A DNA stretch of 64,000 nt, taken from positions 372,001 to 436,000 of the forward strand of contig NW_026963312.1 of NCBI RefSeq assembly GCF_036588685.1, read 5' to 3'. The notes below the pieces were generated by a model. It was given only the letters and a program-made list of their open reading frames with translations, was not told the DNA's origin and did not search any database. Shown here in pieces: positions 62,535 through 64,000 of the stretch (positions are counted from its first letter, which is position 1; every line of letters starts with the position of its first letter). The position numbers and the translations under genes were made by a program. Source of the DNA: Mytilus trossulus. Its lineage: Eukaryota.

Positions 62535-63640
62535 TTTTATTTTCTATTCTCTATATCTTTAATTTTGCCTATGCTCATTATTCTATAAATTTTTGCCCTT
62601 CAGTCTGCATTTTTACATTTTTCTATTCTGTTAACCCAATCAATATCCCTTGAATTTTTTAATCTTTAAAAGTATCACCCCAATTCAACGTCCTTGGGGG
62701 ACTAATAAAGGACGAAATCGTTTCTAAAAACTAATTTTACTGCTCTCAATATATTTGTGTGTGACTACCTTAACATGTGGTGGTAAAGAGAAAGAGAACA
62801 GGCATGCTAATGTAATTTGATACGGAGGATATATAGATGATTATACTATTTACAAACATCATCCCGGAGCACCCCTGTGATTCCGGTATGATACGTACTG
62901 AACTACGTTTCCAACAACCATATACAAATCAAGTATATAACATCCCCGCCCCGAAAGAAAAAGAAATTCAAAAATTTCGTGATGGTTGTTGGTAAACGTA
63001 GGTCAGAGAATATAAAACTAAAATAAGACAACACACATAATAGTCGACCATAATCAAAAAGATAATTAAAAAAAAAAATATATATATATACATGTATATG
63101 CAAGTTTCTCACTAAACTTCAACAGGTTCAAGCTATCAAATCTCTGACGCCGACTACCACACAAATCTCTTACAATGTAATATTTTCTCATCACAGTTCT
63201 GGTCTTGCGCATGAAACATTCAAATGAATCATAATTTCAGTTATGCAATTGAGGAATCATAGTCTATTTGATAAGTCTAGCAGAGACCTGAAACTCCTAA
63301 TATTTCAGATAATACATTCATAAATAATATAAACTTTCACACACAGATTGGGTTAACACTGACACTCTCACTTACAAAAACATACGAAAATATTATAGGA
63401 AAAATAAACAGGTTTTATATCTAGAACATGCCAATCAACCTCATTTGACACAAAGTCTATCAATGAAACGACCAATAACAACTAGTAATAATAATACAGT
63501 GATAAGAGAAAGGTGGCAGTCACACACAGTACATTCAAAAATCATAAATCTCAATACAAATTAACAATCAAATCAAATAAAGTCTCAATTATGTCTACTG
63601 TTATCAACGATAACTGGTCCCTGGTACTGGACGAATATAA

Positions 63641-63887
63641 TAGCGATGCAATCATCACTGATTAACACAACATCTGGATTCAGCACGTTTGGCGATGCAA
63701 TCATCACCGATTATAACATCATCATTGTCAAACAAGTGTGGCGATGCAATCATCACCGAACATCAAATCACTAAGCTGGTTGTGGCGATGCAATCATCAC
63801 CGATCATATAAAACATCTTCGTAGGTATTTACAAAAAAAACCACATTCAAGTAAACGGTAACGCTTTGGCGATACAATTATCACCGA
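63641..63887 (-). repeat. Array of five 21-nt hairpin repeats with divergent spacers
   Basis: TGGCGATGCAATCATCACCGA (or variant) at 63641, 63690, 63739, 63783, 63867; spacers 28, 28, 23, 63 nt. Confidence 0.9.
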
Positions 63888-64000
63888 ATAATAACAAAAT
63901 ATCCATGAGCTCTGAATGTGTGATAATCTTACTTTCCAACATTTTTGAAACAATTACGGTATACTACACTAGCGGAGGTGGCCTAGCAATTATCAGCTCC

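Noticed and set aside
63641-63887. True CRISPR array
   Set aside because: Eukaryotic context, no cas genes in the window, irregular spacer lengths and a motif shared among spacers; kept as a structured repeat array instead.
63641-63887. C/D snoRNA cluster, because GTGATGA occurs on the minus strand
   Set aside because: Copy 5 breaks the C box while keeping the stem, and CTGA D boxes are not consistently placed.

Overview
AT-rich, repeat-dense animal genomic DNA; the repeat families and the Mab-21/cGAS-like genes point to a bivalve, probably Mytilus (inference). From left to right: (1) the first two coding exons of 6-phosphofructokinase (minus strand), head-to-head with (2) a complete 4-exon RPL19 gene (plus strand, 5'TOP start) whose introns 2 and 3 carry six box C/D snoRNAs built on one scaffold but with two different guides (28S, SNORD72-like; and 18S, the human Am1383-equivalent site); (3) a minus-strand SDR16C-family dehydrogenase cluster: two complete 6-exon genes plus an intact extra set of exons 4-6 with no exons 1-3 of its own; (4) inside that cluster, on the plus strand, a decayed and a near-intact (single 1-nt frameshift) cGAS-like/Mab-21 receptor gene; (5) many MITEs, foldback elements, Helentron-type elements, SINE-like repeats, LINE and Penelope relics; (6) at the right edge, five 21-nt hairpin repeats with compensatory substitutions separated by divergent spacers. 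Most short ORFs in the supplied track are spurious. Two N gaps (28381-28518, 59533-59770). Family names and rRNA numbering are from memory; no database search was run.
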